From: Bacteroidota bacterium
GTDB taxonomy: Bacteria; Bacteroidota; Rhodothermia; JANXDC01
Assembly: GCA_025998875.1 (NCBI GenBank)
Contig: AP024675.1
Span: 1,178,978 to 1,242,977, forward strand
Reading direction: 5' to 3'
DNA: 64,000 nucleotides
Shown one piece after another: positions 21,504-32,183 of this stretch. The notes beneath the pieces are model-generated. The model was not told the origin of the DNA, ran no database searches, and was given only the letters and a program-made list of their open reading frames with translations. A program made the translations under genes and the position numbers. The stretch's first letter is position 1. Every line of letters begins with the position of its first letter.

Positions 21504-22346
21504 ATGGCAACGCTGTGGCACTTCTGGGGGCGCCTGCGGGATTACCTCACGCTCGCCCTGTTGCTCGGCCTGAGCATGGTGTTGTTGCTTCGCTATCAGG
21601 GCGAAGAGTTGCGCCTGCTTCGGCTCCTGGCCCTGAGTGCGACGGCGTGGATGCAGGACCAGACAGAGCAGGTCCTGTCCCTCTTTCGTCTGGCTCGGGA
21701 AAACGAACGCCTGCGCGAGGAAAACCTCCGCCTCTCGGCCGAGCTGAACAAGTTGCGAACGGCCGAGGTGCTCTACCAACGCCTGGAGGGCTGGTGGAAG
21801 GCGCCGGATTCGCTCTTCCGCGCCTGGCCCGCAGTTCCCGTTCGTCTGGTGAGCAAGGATCTGACCGGCCTGCAGAACCGGTTGGTGCTCAGCGCCGGTC
21901 GGTCCGAGGGCATCGAGCCCGGTATGCCCGTGGTGACCCCGGAGGGGCTGGTAGGCAAGGTCCTCGTAGCCGGATCGCGCTACAGCCTGGTGCAGGGATA
22001 TCTGAACACGGACTGGCGCGTAAGCGCCCTGTTGGTGCGGCAGCGAGTGGCCGGTATTGTACGCTGGGATGGAAAGAGTCCGAACCGGCTGTTGCTTGAA
22101 TACGTGCCCACCGGGGTGCTTATTCAGGTCGGCGACTCCGTGGTGACCTCGGGTTATAGTCTGGATTATCCTCCGGGGATTCTGATCGGACGCGTGCGGG
22201 CTGTGCGCGTGGATCCGGGAAAACCGTTTTCGTATGTGGAGCTGGAGCCCGCGGTGAACTGGTGGACGCTGGAGGCGGCTTTCGTCCTGCGCTTCCGGCC
22301 GGATTCAGAGCGTGTGGCTCTCGAACCTATCGGGCGTAGACCGTGA
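21504..22346 (+). CDS. mreC: Rod shape-determining protein MreC
   Basis: N-terminal TM, coiled coil LARENERLREEN, GMPVVTPEGLVGKV, GDSVVTSG. Confidence 0.93.
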   Translation: MATLWHFWGRLRDYLTLALLLGLSMVLLLRYQGEELRLLRLLALSATAWMQDQTEQVLSLFRLARENERLREENLRLSAELNKLRTAEVLYQRLEGWWKAPDSLFRAWPAVPVRLVSKDLTGLQNRLVLSAGRSEGIEPGMPVVTPEGLVGKVLVAGSRYSLVQGYLNTDWRVSALLVRQRVAGIVRWDGKSPNRLLLEYVPTGVLIQVGDSVVTSGYSLDYPPGILIGRVRAVRVDPGKPFSYVELEPAVNWWTLEAAFVLRFRPDSERVALEPIGRRP

Positions 22347-22825
22347 CACGCTGGCTCGGCTATATCGCCCTGCTCGGGGCCGTGGGGCTCCTGCAGCTCC
22401 TGTTGCTGGAACGTCTGGTGCTCTGGGGGGCGGTACCGGACGGACTGCTGATGCTGACCGCCTGGGTAGCCCTGCGTCGGGGACGCCGGGAGGGTATGTG
22501 GATCGGGTTTATAGCCGGGGTCCTGCTCGACGCCATGCGCGACAGCTGGGGTGTGCAAATGTTTACCAAAACCCTGACGGGCTTCCTGGTCGGCCTCTAT
22601 CCTGTGGAAGATCGCCACAGTTTGCTGCATCGTCCGGGGGAGGCGGCCGTGGTGGCGTTTTTGTCCGCCTTGTTGCATAATACGTTCTGGGCCGTTCTGG
22701 TTTTGTTAGGCCAACCTGTGCATCTGGGTCGATTGATCGGTTTCCTCTGGTTAGGTGGGGCTGTGTATACGGCTCTGGTCGTCTGGATCGGGTTTTTGTT
22801 CTGGAGGCCGAGTCGTGGCACCTGA
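22343..22825 (+). CDS. mreD: Rod shape-determining protein MreD
   Basis: Hydrophobic, PDGLLM, GFIAGVLLDA; operon position. Confidence 0.88.
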   Translation: MTRWLGYIALLGAVGLLQLLLLERLVLWGAVPDGLLMLTAWVALRRGRREGMWIGFIAGVLLDAMRDSWGVQMFTKTLTGFLVGLYPVEDRHSLLHRPGEAAVVAFLSALLHNTFWAVLVLLGQPVHLGRLIGFLWLGGAVYTALVVWIGFLFWRPSRGT

Positions 22826-24608
22826 AGGGGCACCTGTACGGTTGCGCGCGCTGCGCTTCGCGACGGCGCTTTTGCTGTTTGTCCTGACCCTGCGGCTTTT
22901 CTGGCTGCAGGGGGTCGAGTACTGGCGGCATGCGGAGGGCTCCCGGCGCACCACTTTGCGTGCGCTGGCCGTCGATCCCCCCCGGGGCACGATACGGGAT
23001 CGCAACGGGGTGGTGCTTGTGGATACAGAACCGGCTTTTACGGTTCTGGTAACCCCTTCGGATTTTGATCCCGCTGTTATCCCCGAGCTGGCCCGTCTGC
23101 TCGGCGTTTCCGATTCCCTCCTTCAGGCTCGCTACGCACAGGCCCGCGCCTACAGTCCGTATCGCCCCTCTCGCCTGCTGCGGGATCTGAGCACGGTACA
23201 GTTGGCCCGACTGCAGGAGAACCTGTACCGTTTCCCGGGAATCGATCTGCAGCTCGAGAGCCGGCGCCGATATCCGGCCGGCGTGCGAGGGGCGCATCTG
23301 TTCGGTTATGTGCGCGAGATCTCCGCCGAGGAGCTGGCCCGGCTTCGGCCCGCCTACCGGATGGGGGATCTGATCGGCCATACCGGGCTGGAGCGTTTCT
23401 ATGAATCCGAGCTGCGGGGCCAACGGGGACAGCACTTCGTGCTCGTCAACGCGCTCGGGCAGACCATCGGGCCCTATCGCGAGGGGCGAGAGGACGAGGC
23501 GCCTCGAGCCGGTTTTGACCTGGAGCTCGGCCTGGATGCCGGTCTGCAGGCGCTGGCCGAATCCCTCATGACCGGACGTCGGGGGGCGGTCGTGGCCATC
23601 GATCCCCGCAACGGGGAAGTTCTGGCCATGGTATCGAGTCCGGATTTCAGCTTGGAGGCGCTCAACCGGATTGTCGATCCCCGTCTGTGGCGTTCGCTCA
23701 ACGAGGATCCCGCCCGTCCCCTGTTCAACCGGGCTATTCAGGCCGAACAACCTCCCGGTTCGACCTTTAAGCCCTTCATGGCTCTGGTGGGGTTGCAGGA
23801 GGGGGTGATCACGCCGCAGACGGTGGTCTTCTGTCGGGGAGGATTTTATTTCGGCCGCTTTTTCCGCTGCCATGGGGGCGCACACGGTGCCGTAAACGTA
23901 CAGCGGGCCGTGCAGGTCTCCTGTAATACGTTCTTCTACTGGCTCATGACCCGGCTTAATCTGCAGCGCTGGCACGAATACGGTCGACAGTTCGGCTTCG
24001 GTCGGCCTACGGGCATCGATCTTCCGGGAGAGCGCCGGGGCGTGCTGCCCGATAGCGCCTACTTCAATCGGGTATACGGCCGAGGGCGATGGACGCTGGG
24101 CTATCTGGTCAGCCTCGGGATCGGACAGGGGAATCTGGCCGTTACCCCGCTGCAGCTGGCCGCCTATTGTGCGGCGCTGGCTAACGGAGGTACCTACTAT
24201 ACGCCCCATCTGGTGCGCCGTATGCGCAATCCCCAAAGCGGGGAGGAGCGCATCTGGTATGAACAGCCTCGCCGCATCCCTGTTGATTCGGCCTATTTCG
24301 CTCTGGTGCGGGAAGGCATGCGTCTGGCCGTGGAGGCCGGCACCGGAGGCGCCGCGCGCCTGCCCGGGATCACCGTGGCCGGCAAGACGGGCACAGCGCA
24401 AAACCCTCATGGAAAGGATCATGCCTGGTTTATCGGTTTTGCCCCCTATGAACAACCCCGGATCGCCGTGGCCGTGCTGGTGGAAAACGCGGGATTTGGA
24501 GGGGTGCATGCGGCCCCGATCGCCCGGGAGCTGTTTGCCCGTTATTTAATAAAATCCAGGACCCATGACGCTTCAGCGCGTGTCGTATCCGCTGACCCGA
24601 CACGGTGA
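22815..24608 (+). CDS. mrdA: Penicillin-binding protein 2
   Basis: PPRGTIRDRNG, PPGSTFK (SxxK), SCN, KTGT; GTG start at 22815 inferred. Confidence 0.95.
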   Translation: MAPEGAPVRLRALRFATALLLFVLTLRLFWLQGVEYWRHAEGSRRTTLRALAVDPPRGTIRDRNGVVLVDTEPAFTVLVTPSDFDPAVIPELARLLGVSDSLLQARYAQARAYSPYRPSRLLRDLSTVQLARLQENLYRFPGIDLQLESRRRYPAGVRGAHLFGYVREISAEELARLRPAYRMGDLIGHTGLERFYESELRGQRGQHFVLVNALGQTIGPYREGREDEAPRAGFDLELGLDAGLQALAESLMTGRRGAVVAIDPRNGEVLAMVSSPDFSLEALNRIVDPRLWRSLNEDPARPLFNRAIQAEQPPGSTFKPFMALVGLQEGVITPQTVVFCRGGFYFGRFFRCHGGAHGAVNVQRAVQVSCNTFFYWLMTRLNLQRWHEYGRQFGFGRPTGIDLPGERRGVLPDSAYFNRVYGRGRWTLGYLVSLGIGQGNLAVTPLQLAAYCAALANGGTYYTPHLVRRMRNPQSGEERIWYEQPRRIPVDSAYFALVREGMRLAVEAGTGGAARLPGITVAGKTGTAQNPHGKDHAWFIGFAPYEQPRIAVAVLVENAGFGGVHAAPIARELFARYLIKSRTHDASARVVSADPTR

Positions 24609-24614
24609 GGCCCC

Positions 24615-25955
24615 ATGAGAGCCGTAGATTATAGCATCCAGGGCAGGGGGGCCAGTCGCGTGTGGTATGTTGTTTTGGCCTCTAGCTTGCTGCTGATCGC
24701 CTGGGGATTTGTGGCCCTCTACAGCATCACCCACGGTCCGGCAGCCGAGCAACTGGGTTCGGCCGTTCAGGACAGCTTCCTGCGCCAGCTGGTGTGGTTT
24801 GGCGTAGGGCTGGGGGTTGTGGGGGGTATGTTCCTGATTCCGGAAGAGCTGTACTATCGGCTGGCTTATCCGCTCTACGGCTTTACGCTGGCGCTTCTGG
24901 TGGCCACGTTGCTGTGGGGACGTGAGGTCAACGGGGCTAAGGCTTGGTTGTATTTCGGCCCAATAGGGATGCAGCCCGGGGAGTTCATGAAGATCGGCAC
25001 CCTGCTGGCCATGGCCCGATACCTGAGCGGGCTGCAGCACCGCAGCGCGTTTGTCTCTTTTTCCCGCTTCCGTCCCCAACCCAGCCGGATACAGCGCTAT
25101 TATCCGCTGCTGAGCCGGCTCACCGACGGCATGCCCCCTGTGTTGTTTGTGCTCCTGCCCGTGGTCTTGCTCATCCTGCAGAACGATACGGGCACCGCGC
25201 TGTTGTTTCTCATCTTCATCCCCGCCCTGCTCTTCGGATCGGGCCTTTCTGTGGGCATTACCCTGGCTATGATCTCTCCCGTCGTGGTGGCCTATGCGGG
25301 GCTTATCGATCTCCGGGCGGCGCTTCTGATGGCCCTGGTGAGCGTAATCGCCATTGGTGTAGTGGAACAAGAGCGAGTGGTGGCCGTGCTCAGCGCTCTG
25401 TTCAACGGGATCGCCCTTCTGGGTGTTTTCGCCCTTCCCTACCTGCTCAAGCCCCATCAGGTGGCCCGCTTGGAAGCGTTTGCCAACCCGGAGCTCGATC
25501 CTCAGGGCGTTGGATGGAACGTACTGCAGGCCCAGATGGCCATCGGGTCCGGCGGAATATGGGGCAAGGGGTTTTTGCAGGGCGCCCAGACCCAGGCCGG
25601 ATTTGTTCCGGCCCGTTCGACCGATTTCGTCTTCGCGGTGATCGGAGAAGAGTTCGGGCTCGTGGGCACGGTGAGCGTGCTCGTTCTCTACGGGGGTTTG
25701 CTCTTCGGCCTGCTACATATGGCCGAGCGGGGGGGGCTGTTTACCCGTCTGCTGGGCATCGGGGTGGTGAGCCTGTTTCTGGCCCATGTGGTGATCAACG
25801 TGGGGATGAACACCGGCTTGATGCCCGTCATCGGGGTGCCGCTTCCGCTGATCAGCTACGGCGGTTCGGCGCTGGTAACAAACATGGCCCTCATCGCCCT
25901 GGTCGCTCGCCTCTACAGGGCACACCAGCGACAGCTTCGCTTTCGTTCCCTGTGA
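24615..25955 (+). CDS. rodA: Rod shape-determining SEDS protein RodA
   Basis: QPGEFMK, QNDTGTA, STDFVFAVIGEEFG, GVPLPLISYGGS. Confidence 0.95.
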   Translation: MRAVDYSIQGRGASRVWYVVLASSLLLIAWGFVALYSITHGPAAEQLGSAVQDSFLRQLVWFGVGLGVVGGMFLIPEELYYRLAYPLYGFTLALLVATLLWGREVNGAKAWLYFGPIGMQPGEFMKIGTLLAMARYLSGLQHRSAFVSFSRFRPQPSRIQRYYPLLSRLTDGMPPVLFVLLPVVLLILQNDTGTALLFLIFIPALLFGSGLSVGITLAMISPVVVAYAGLIDLRAALLMALVSVIAIGVVEQERVVAVLSALFNGIALLGVFALPYLLKPHQVARLEAFANPELDPQGVGWNVLQAQMAIGSGGIWGKGFLQGAQTQAGFVPARSTDFVFAVIGEEFGLVGTVSVLVLYGGLLFGLLHMAERGGLFTRLLGIGVVSLFLAHVVINVGMNTGLMPVIGVPLPLISYGGSALVTNMALIALVARLYRAHQRQLRFRSL

Positions 25956-25957
25956 GG

Positions 25958-25988
25958 TTGCCCGCCTGCCCGGGAGGACCTAACTTCC
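25958..25988 (+). promoter_or_regulatory. Putative mdh promoter (TTG-N20-TAACTTCC)
   Basis: Window-wide promoter spacing; upstream of AAGGAG Shine-Dalgarno. Confidence 0.55.
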
Positions 25989-26016
25989 CGGGGAAAACAA
26001 AAAGGAGCCAGGCTAT

Positions 26017-26955
26017 ATGAAAGTCAGCATCGTGGGGGCCGGTAACGTGGGGGCCACGGTGGCCGACGTGCTGGCCCGTATGGATCTGGTGCGGGAAATT
26101 GTGCTTGTGGACATCAAAGAGGGCCTGCCCCAGGGCAAGGCGCTCGACATTCTGGAAAGCGGCCCGATCGCGGGATTTGATACCCGCCTGATCGGTACCA
26201 ACGAGTACGGACCCACCGAGGGCTCGGATATCTGCGTCATCACCGCCGGCGTGCCCCGCAAGCCCGGCATGAGTCGGGATGACCTGCTGGATATCAACTC
26301 CCGTATCGTGCAGGAGGTCACCGAGAACCTGGTCCGCCGTTCTCCGAACACGATCCTGATCGTGGTCTCCAATCCGCTGGACGTGATGACGTATGTGGCC
26401 TATCAGACGAGCGGATTGGAGCCCCATCGGGTTTTCGGGATGGCCGGTGTGCTGGATACGGCTCGGTATCGAACTTTCCTGGCCGAGGCCCTGCAGGTAT
26501 CTGTGCGCGACATCCAGGCCCTGCTCCTGGGCGGGCACGGGGACAGCATGGTCCCCCTGCCCCGCTATACCACGGTGGCGGGTATTCCCGTTACGGAACT
26601 GCTTGATCAGGCGACGATCGAGCGCATCGTGGAGCGCACCCGGTACGGCGGAGGAGAAATCGTCAACCTGCTGGGCACAAGCGCCTGGTACGCTCCCGGT
26701 ACGGCCGTGGTGGAGATGATCGAAGCCATTGTCAAGGACTCCAACCGTATCCTGCCCGTAGCCGCCTGGCTGACGGGTCAGTACGGGATTCGGGATCTCT
26801 TCATCGGCGTGCCCGCCAAGCTCGGTCGGGGCGGCATCAAGCAGATCCTCGAGCTCAAGCTCACCGATGAGGAGTTGGCCCTTTTGCATCGATCCGCCGA
26901 GCACGTGCGAGAGCTGGTCGAGGCCTACAAGCGCATCGCCGCCGCGCGCGTCTGA
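26017..26955 (+). CDS. mdh: Malate dehydrogenase (LDH-like type)
   Basis: GAGNVG, TAGVPRKPGMSRDDLL, SNPLD, GGHGD. Confidence 0.97.
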   Translation: MKVSIVGAGNVGATVADVLARMDLVREIVLVDIKEGLPQGKALDILESGPIAGFDTRLIGTNEYGPTEGSDICVITAGVPRKPGMSRDDLLDINSRIVQEVTENLVRRSPNTILIVVSNPLDVMTYVAYQTSGLEPHRVFGMAGVLDTARYRTFLAEALQVSVRDIQALLLGGHGDSMVPLPRYTTVAGIPVTELLDQATIERIVERTRYGGGEIVNLLGTSAWYAPGTAVVEMIEAIVKDSNRILPVAAWLTGQYGIRDLFIGVPAKLGRGGIKQILELKLTDEELALLHRSAEHVRELVEAYKRIAAARV

Positions 26956-26981
26956 GCCCGAAAACACGAGGAGGTCTGTCC

Positions 26982-27725
26982 ATGCGGGCCCGTTATCGCT
27001 GGTTATGGCTGGGTGTTATAATCGGGCTGGGTTGCGGAAAAAGCGAAAAACCCTACTTCTCCACTGCGATCGGGGCTACGTGGACGTATGAGGTCTACAC
27101 GTTCCGACAGGCCAACGAATCCGATCGCACACGAACCGGGGAGCGTACCACAAGAAACACCGCCTCCCTCTCCCTCGGGGGAAGGCAGGCCATCTTGCAG
27201 CTCACCACGGCGGGGGCAAGCACGGATACGGCCTATGTCCATGTGGACGGGGCGGGAAATCTCTGGCGCTATTACCTCAGTCCCCGCGATGTACTCGGCG
27301 GCCTGGCCGCCTCGGTGCGCGTTACGGGGGGGTTTGCTCCGAGCTGGCAGCCCTTCATTCAGTGGGGTGCCACGGGGGGATATGCCTTCTTTCCCTCCGG
27401 GCCGTTTCAGGTGCAGGGCAACCTGGCCGGGGTCAACTTCACCGGAACCCTTCAGGTCAACTCCACCGGCCGACAGGTGGGCACAGAGACCGTTTCCGTG
27501 CCGGCGGGCACGTTCCGGGATGCGGCCAAGTTCGTGCTCAATGCGGGCCTGCAGGGCAACCTGCAATCCCAGCTCGGCCCTGTTAACGTCACCATCCCTG
27601 TGACGATCACGGTCTGGGTCGCCCGCGGGGCCGGAATCGTACGGCAGCGCACTGACCCGATCACGATCTTCACGGAAACCCTTCCCGGCACGATCTGGGA
27701 ACTGCGCACAGTATCGGGCTTCTAG
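26982..27725 (+). CDS. Hypothetical beta-rich lipoprotein
   Basis: Signal peptide with LGC lipobox; WTYEV and VSVPAGTF segments; GAGG upstream. Confidence 0.65.
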   Translation: MRARYRWLWLGVIIGLGCGKSEKPYFSTAIGATWTYEVYTFRQANESDRTRTGERTTRNTASLSLGGRQAILQLTTAGASTDTAYVHVDGAGNLWRYYLSPRDVLGGLAASVRVTGGFAPSWQPFIQWGATGGYAFFPSGPFQVQGNLAGVNFTGTLQVNSTGRQVGTETVSVPAGTFRDAAKFVLNAGLQGNLQSQLGPVNVTIPVTITVWVARGAGIVRQRTDPITIFTETLPGTIWELRTVSGF

Positions 27726-28741
27726 GTCTGCTCCGGGGCCGGTAAGGCAAAAAAGAACCGACCTTCGGGGCTGAAGACGATGAGCCATCCCCCACGCCAG
27801 GGCGCACGGGGCACATAAAAGACGAGCTCCAGGAGCGCTTCGCCCGCCGAAAGCTCCAGCGTGTGGCTGTTCCGATACGGCTCAGGGCCCACAAACTCCA
27901 GGGGCGAATAGCCGTCTATCCGCTGTAGCCCGATTCCCGCCTCGCACCGAGCGGCCAGACAGCGGGCCTGTCCGCGCACAATAGCCCACAGCGACCCGGA
28001 TCCGGGACCGATTTCGCCCCCGGATTGTAGCCGCAGGCTTCGGGAGCTGAGCTCAAAGCCCCGTATGGTGATCTCCGGTCCACCGGCTATCGTGGCCGGA
28101 CGGCCGGCGGGAAACGCCGTCTCCGGCAGTCTGCCCTCCATGCCGGGAAGCGCGACATGCAGCGGGATGAGCGCCAGGGGGGTGGGATAGCTGATGGAGA
28201 GCAGCGGAAAGAGGAGCGAGACTCCGGATCGGATGCTCACCAGGCGCAGGTAGGCCGGCACCCGGTTGGCGGGTACGGAGAAGCGCAGGTGCATCGTGCG
28301 TTCCCATCCAACCGCTTCAGTGCCCGTGACCCCGGCCATGCGATTGGCCTCTCCGTCGACTTCTCCGGCCCGCAGGGCGCTGAACGCACGCCGGACCGGA
28401 TCGTAGAGCACCAGCATCCAGGCAAAGCCTCTGTCCCGGCTGATGGACAAAAAGAAGGGATTGAAGGCCTCCTCGTAGCGGGCTTCTTCCTCCGAGAGGC
28501 GGCGTACGAAAAGCCGGGCCTCCACCTGTCTGTCGCTCACCCGCAGATCAAAGAGACGAACTTCGTAGGGCCCCACGACAACAGGACTATGCTCCGGCAA
28601 TCGGCGCAGGCTCTGCAGCTCTTCGAGCGTGATCTCCTCTTCCGGGAGGGTGGTGTTTGACTCCTCCCCTTCCGTTGCCGAGCGGAAGCAACCGGCAAGC
28701 AGGAGCGCACAGGCGCTCAGCAGCCAGCGGGCGGCCATCAT
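27722..28741 (-). CDS. Hypothetical lipoprotein
   Basis: MMAARWLLSACALLLAGC lipobox; fills the gap between flanking genes. Confidence 0.6.
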   Translation of the reverse strand: MMAARWLLSACALLLAGCFRSATEGEESNTTLPEEEITLEELQSLRRLPEHSPVVVGPYEVRLFDLRVSDRQVEARLFVRRLSEEEARYEEAFNPFFLSISRDRGFAWMLVLYDPVRRAFSALRAGEVDGEANRMAGVTGTEAVGWERTMHLRFSVPANRVPAYLRLVSIRSGVSLLFPLLSISYPTPLALIPLHVALPGMEGRLPETAFPAGRPATIAGGPEITIRGFELSSRSLRLQSGGEIGPGSGSLWAIVRGQARCLAARCEAGIGLQRIDGYSPLEFVGPEPYRNSHTLELSAGEALLELVFYVPRAPWRGGWLIVFSPEGRFFFALPAPEQT

Positions 28742-28876
28742 GATGCTACCGCTACTTGCGCGGGCCCTCTGAAGTATAGAGCCTCCAGGAGCCAACAGGC
28801 AAGCATCGGGGCGTAACCTTGCTCCCGTCCGTCTCGTACACAGGGACCATCCAGGCGTATTAAGGGACTCGCGGTT

Positions 28877-31366
28877 ATGCGAAGCGCTACGGTGGGCGTG
28901 TTGCTGGTGCTGGGGGGCGAGTTATGGGCGGCTACCGCGGCGGCCCCCCCGGTTCCCGTTATCCGGGCCCTGCGCACCACGGAGCCGATACAGCTGGACG
29001 GCCATCTGCGGGAGCTCTCCTGGGGGCAGGCACAGCCTGAGACGACCTTCTGGCAGCGGGAGCCCCGGGAGGGCGAGCCCGCCACGGAGCGGACCGAGGT
29101 GCGTCTGCTCTATGATGATCGGGCCCTGTATGTGGGCTTTATCTGTTACGACAGCCAGCCTCAGGCCGTGCTGAAACGGCTGACGAGGCGGGATCGGATG
29201 GTGGTGGCCGACTGGGTGGGGGTGCTCATCGATAGCTATCTGGACCGGCAAACGGCGTTTGCTTTTCTCGTAAGCGCGGCGGGCGCCCAGGCCGATTTTC
29301 TTATCACCCAGGATGGGCAGGCGCCGGAAGATGTCAACTGGGATGCGATCTGGGAGGCGCGTGTGGCCGATCGGCCTGATGGCTGGAGTGCCGAGTTTCG
29401 CATTCCTTTTACCAGCCTGCGCTTTCGAAGGGCCGACACCTTACGATGGGGTATTAATTTCGGCCGCATCATCGGACGCAAAAATGAGCAGGTCTTCTGG
29501 GCGCATGTGCCCCGTTCGGCCGGGGGCTTTGTGTCCCGGTTCGGGCTCCTGGAGGGCCTTGTGGGCCTCCAGCCGGCACGCGCCCTGGAGCTTACGCCCT
29601 ATACCGTGGGCAGCATCACGCGCTGGAGCGCCGAGCTTTCCCCCCGCCCTCTGCATCCGGTTCTGCCCTCGTTGCGATGGGGAGGGGATGTGCGCTATGG
29701 GATCTCCTCCGGCACGACGCTGAATCTGACCTTCAACCCGGACTTCGGTCAGGTTGAGCTCGATGAGGTCGTGCTCAACCTGACGGCTTTCGAGACCTTC
29801 TACCCCGAGAAGCGCCCGTTCTTTCTCGAAGGGACGGATATTTTCCAGACCGTGGGGGCCGATGAGGATGGGCCGTTGCGCAGCCGGCTTTTTTATTCTC
29901 GCCGTATCGGCCGGCTTCCCCGAGGATATGAGGCGCTTCCGGACACCGGAGCGATAGGGCACTGGCGCCTTGTTGAGCGCCCCTCGGCTGTGCCCATACT
30001 GTCGGCCGTCAAACTGAGTGGGAAAAGCGAGGGCTGGGCTTTCGGGTTTCTGGGTGCCCTTACGGATCGCACATACAACACCTACGAGCATCGCAATGGC
30101 CTACGGGCGCGGGTGCTCACAGAGCCCCTGAGCGGATATGCCGTCGGGCGTCTGCGGCGGGCGCTTCCCGATCCGGGCTCTTATCTCGGGGTGATCGCCA
30201 CAGGCACCTGGCGGGAGCTCGGTCCCGTCAACCGGGCCTATACCGGAGGGGTGGACTGGCAGTGGAATCCCGGCAATTACCGCATCAGCACGCAGGGGTT
30301 ATTTTCTTTTAGCCGACGCCTTCGGGCGGATCGATCTCCCCAGGTGGGCTATCAGGGGCAGGTGCGTTTGGGTTCGCTTCAGGGAAGACACCTGGTGGGG
30401 TTTCTGGGCGTCCAGTTCGCCACCCCGGACTATGACCCCAACGACGTGGGTTTTCATACGATGTCCGACTTCGCCGTCGTGTACGGCTGGACGCAGGCCC
30501 GCCGGCTCCGGCCTTGGGGGCCTGCCCTGCGCCTCTGGCTCAGTGGGAACGCCTGGCGGCTGTACACTTTTCAGAGCCGGGATTTTCTTCGCTGGGGGTG
30601 GAACGCCAATGGCTACGCGCAGTGGCGCAACTTCTGGTCTACGTCCGTGGGGCTCAACCTGGAATCGGCGGGTTGGGATCCGTATGAGTCGCGCGGCATG
30701 GGCCGATTTCGCAGTCCGCGTAGTACGAACCTCTGGATAGCCCTCAATACCGACGAGCGACGCCTGTTCAGCGGGGGGCTTAACGGTAGCTACCGGAGGG
30801 ATGAGTATGGATCCCGGGGCTGGAGTCTTGGGGTGGAGTTTGTCCTGCGTCCGGGGGAGCGCACAAGCCTACAGCTGGAGCCCTCCGTCTCGAGCCGGCG
30901 TGCGGAGCTGGCCTGGGCCCGAAATGTACAGGATCTGGAGGGGGTGGGCGTGCGCACGAGCGTTTTCGGCCGCCGCGATGTGGATCGATTGAACCTGCTC
31001 TTGCGGGGTAGCCATCTGTTCACACGCGACCTTTCTCTGCAGGCCTACCTGCAGTGGTTCTGGGCTCGCGGCAGATACAGGGACTTTCAGAAGCTGGGGC
31101 CGGATGGGTATCTCCAGCCCCTTGCGCTTCCCTACGATCGGCGGCGTTTTGGAGACCCCGACTTCCAGGCCGGCGCGTTGGCTATCAACCTCATTCTGCG
31201 CTACGAATACCGGCCGGGTTCCACCTTGTTTGTGGTGTGGACCTGGGGGCAGGACCTCATCGAGCAACGTTCGGATGCGGAACCAATACCCTTCGCTCGT
31301 CGGGTGCTGGGGCGTTCACCTACAAGCGTACTGCTGTTCAAGTGGACCTATACGTGGAGCATGTAG
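28877..31366 (+). CDS. CBM9-like sugar-binding domain plus DUF5916 outer-membrane protein
   Basis: IQLDGHLRELSW, WSAEFRIPFTSLRF, LNLTFNPDFGQVELD, ETFYPEKRPFFLEG; C-terminal FKWTYTW beta strand. Confidence 0.82.
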   Translation: MRSATVGVLLVLGGELWAATAAAPPVPVIRALRTTEPIQLDGHLRELSWGQAQPETTFWQREPREGEPATERTEVRLLYDDRALYVGFICYDSQPQAVLKRLTRRDRMVVADWVGVLIDSYLDRQTAFAFLVSAAGAQADFLITQDGQAPEDVNWDAIWEARVADRPDGWSAEFRIPFTSLRFRRADTLRWGINFGRIIGRKNEQVFWAHVPRSAGGFVSRFGLLEGLVGLQPARALELTPYTVGSITRWSAELSPRPLHPVLPSLRWGGDVRYGISSGTTLNLTFNPDFGQVELDEVVLNLTAFETFYPEKRPFFLEGTDIFQTVGADEDGPLRSRLFYSRRIGRLPRGYEALPDTGAIGHWRLVERPSAVPILSAVKLSGKSEGWAFGFLGALTDRTYNTYEHRNGLRARVLTEPLSGYAVGRLRRALPDPGSYLGVIATGTWRELGPVNRAYTGGVDWQWNPGNYRISTQGLFSFSRRLRADRSPQVGYQGQVRLGSLQGRHLVGFLGVQFATPDYDPNDVGFHTMSDFAVVYGWTQARRLRPWGPALRLWLSGNAWRLYTFQSRDFLRWGWNANGYAQWRNFWSTSVGLNLESAGWDPYESRGMGRFRSPRSTNLWIALNTDERRLFSGGLNGSYRRDEYGSRGWSLGVEFVLRPGERTSLQLEPSVSSRRAELAWARNVQDLEGVGVRTSVFGRRDVDRLNLLLRGSHLFTRDLSLQAYLQWFWARGRYRDFQKLGPDGYLQPLALPYDRRRFGDPDFQAGALAINLILRYEYRPGSTLFVVWTWGQDLIEQRSDAEPIPFARRVLGRSPTSVLLFKWTYTWSM

Positions 31367-31423
31367 GTTCTGCGGATCCGGGGATTGCATCTCATCGGCC
31401 GAGGTCGGCAAATTCACTCTGGT

Positions 31424-31720
31424 ATGACCCCCGGAGCGCTGGCCCGCCGTCTTCTGGAGCATCTCTATTTCGTCGAGCCCTATGAGCGGCTATGGCGTGA
31501 ACTCGAAGAGCCAGAACCCGTGGTGCGGGATGAGCTGCTGAGGCTTGTCCAGGCCCGGTGGGTGCGTGTGTACGCGTGGGATCCGGATGCTCATGCATAC
31601 CGACCCACGGATGTATTCGATGCCGATCATCTGCAGGCCTACGCCTTTCAGATAAGCGGCACAGGTATGCGAGTGCTCAGGGCGGGATATGCGATATCGG
31701 ATCCGGATCGGAACCCATAG
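31424..31720 (+). CDS. Conserved hypothetical protein
   Basis: [13 protein letters not shown]...[10 protein letters not shown] resembles a small uncharacterised Bacteroidota family (recall, unverified). Confidence 0.55.
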   Translation: MTPGALARRLLEHLYFVEPYERLWRELEEPEPVVRDELLRLVQARWVRVYAWDPDAHAYRPTDVFDADHLQAYAFQISGTGMRVLRAGYAISDPDRNP

Positions 31721-32183
31721 CTTTCTTTTTGAGCGCGGGCCGGACGGGCGGCTGTTGTTGGAGGGACGTCCCCCGGATGCGGAGGTGCTCCCGTTGGGGG
31801 GAGGGCGCTATGGGGTGCGCCTCGAGGGGGAGGTCTACACGTTTGTGTGGGAAACCCGTCAGGGTCAGCCCGGTGTGCTCTGGCGGGGTCGCTGGTATCC
31901 GGTGGAGCTCAAGGACGAGCGTGCCCTGCTTCTGGAGCGGCTCGGTGGGCCGGCCGGCCACGCAAAGGGGGCATCCCGGGTGCTGGCGCCCATGCCCGGG
32001 CTGGTGTTGCGGGTGCTCGTGCGCGAGGGCGAGCCGGTCCGCAGAGGGCAGCCTCTGCTTGTGCTGGAGGCGATGAAGATGGAAAACGAGATCCGCGCTC
32101 CCGCAGAAGGCGTGGTGCAGCGTGTGCACGTGCAGGAACGCCAACCGGTTGAGAAGAACGCCCTGCTGGTGGAGCTGGGATGA
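31689..32183 (+). CDS. Biotin carboxyl carrier protein (biotin/lipoyl attachment domain)
   Basis: [18 protein letters not shown] biotinylation motif. Confidence 0.92.
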   Translation: MRYRIRIGTHSFLFERGPDGRLLLEGRPPDAEVLPLGGGRYGVRLEGEVYTFVWETRQGQPGVLWRGRWYPVELKDERALLLERLGGPAGHAKGASRVLAPMPGLVLRVLVREGEPVRRGQPLLVLEAMKMENEIRAPAEGVVQRVHVQERQPVEKNALLVELG

